Below, in pieces: positions 45,701-46,225 of a stretch of 46,225 nt of DNA; positions within the stretch are counted from its first letter, which is position 1; every line of letters begins with the position of its first letter. Origin of the DNA: a virus (taxonomy: Duplodnaviria; Caudoviricetes); IMG/VR virus record IMGVR_UViG_3300017774_002865, positions 1 through 46,225 of that record. One strand, 5' to 3'. Both the position numbers and the translations under genes were made by a program. Below the pieces are notes generated by a model. It was not told the DNA's origin. It searched no databases and saw only the letters and a program-made list of their open reading frames with translations.

Positions 45701-46225
45701 ATGAGTGCAATTCGTGTAAAAAACGGTACTTACCGCAAACAGTCTGTAAACAACATTGCCTTTACTCTTGTAAAGGGATTCCAAACAGGCGCCAAAGGCG
45801 GGTTTGTAACTGTTAAAAATGACAACCACTTTCCGGGATTTGCTGACGAGATCCGTATCAGCGTAAACGGGATTCAAGATTTTGAATACATTAATGGAGA
45901 TGCCATGCAAGACAATACAGTACATTTTGAGAAGCCGTCAACAGTTGAGACAGATGACGAGGCTATGGATCGTATCCGTGAGCGTTTTGACATCCTGCAC
46001 GAGATGACAAAGGCCACCGTGTCAGGTGACATCCGTGCTATGATTGTGAGCGGTCCTCCAGGTGTGGGCAAGAGCTATGGTGTTGAGACAGAGATTGAGA
46101 AAGCCTGCTTGTTTGACAAGTTGGCAGGCAAGAGACTCCGTGCAGAGGTAGTTAAAGGCAGTGCCACTCCCATTGGCCTGTACCAAACTCTGTACAAATA
46201 CAGTGACGCCAACAGCGTCGTAGTG
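45701..46225 (+). CDS. P-loop (AAA-like) ATPase, 3'-truncated (not in the ORF track)
   Basis: AAGGAG SD. The frame MSAIRVKNG... is open to the window end and contains AMIVSGPPGVGKS (Walker A). Confidence 0.8.
   Translation, partial: MSAIRVKNGTYRKQSVNNIAFTLVKGFQTGAKGGFVTVKNDNHFPGFADEIRISVNGIQDFEYINGDAMQDNTVHFEKPSTVETDDEAMDRIRERFDILHEMTKATVSGDIRAMIVSGPPGVGKSYGVETEIEKACLFDKLAGKRLRAEVVKGSATPIGLYQTLYKYSDANSVVV

Noticed and set aside
1-46225. Stop-codon reassignment, tRNA or rRNA genes
   Set aside because: Conserved genes are intact in the standard code, TAG and TGA both end ORFs, and no intergenic stretch showed a cloverleaf by eye (tRNAscan not run).

Overview
The window is a 46 kb piece of a large T4-like (myovirus) bacteriophage genome read in the standard bacterial code (TAA, TGA and TAG all terminate ORFs). 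From left to right it carries two Gly/Asn/Thr-rich fibre genes with a shared C-terminal 'AQYADLAE' chaperone-type domain, then a Nudix hydrolase and gp15/gp14/gp13-like tail-terminator and neck genes interrupted by sigma70-driven early genes. Next come an exonuclease, a dNMP kinase, a radical SAM gene, tail sheath, tube, a baseplate-junction gene and a gp4-like nuclease. These are followed by putative internal head proteins, a thermonuclease, a second radical SAM gene, large terminase, gp32 SSB, UvsX and UvsY. A metK - QueF-like - ahcY cassette then runs into about 8 kb of glycosyltransferase and methyltransferase genes, and the window ends in tandem early-promoter cassettes. Three signals stand out. 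(1) The SAM-cycle cassette contains a QueF homologue that has lost its catalytic Cys and sits next to a glycan and methylation cluster. (2) Putative head proteins look like polyproteins punctuated by hydrophobic-x-E protease-type sites that would release glycine-zipper and amphipathic peptides. (3) A TAAATA late-promoter system appears to give many leaderless mRNAs and, at two genes, to unmask a hairpin-occluded Shine-Dalgarno. All functional calls come from motif recognition by eye; no database searches were run.
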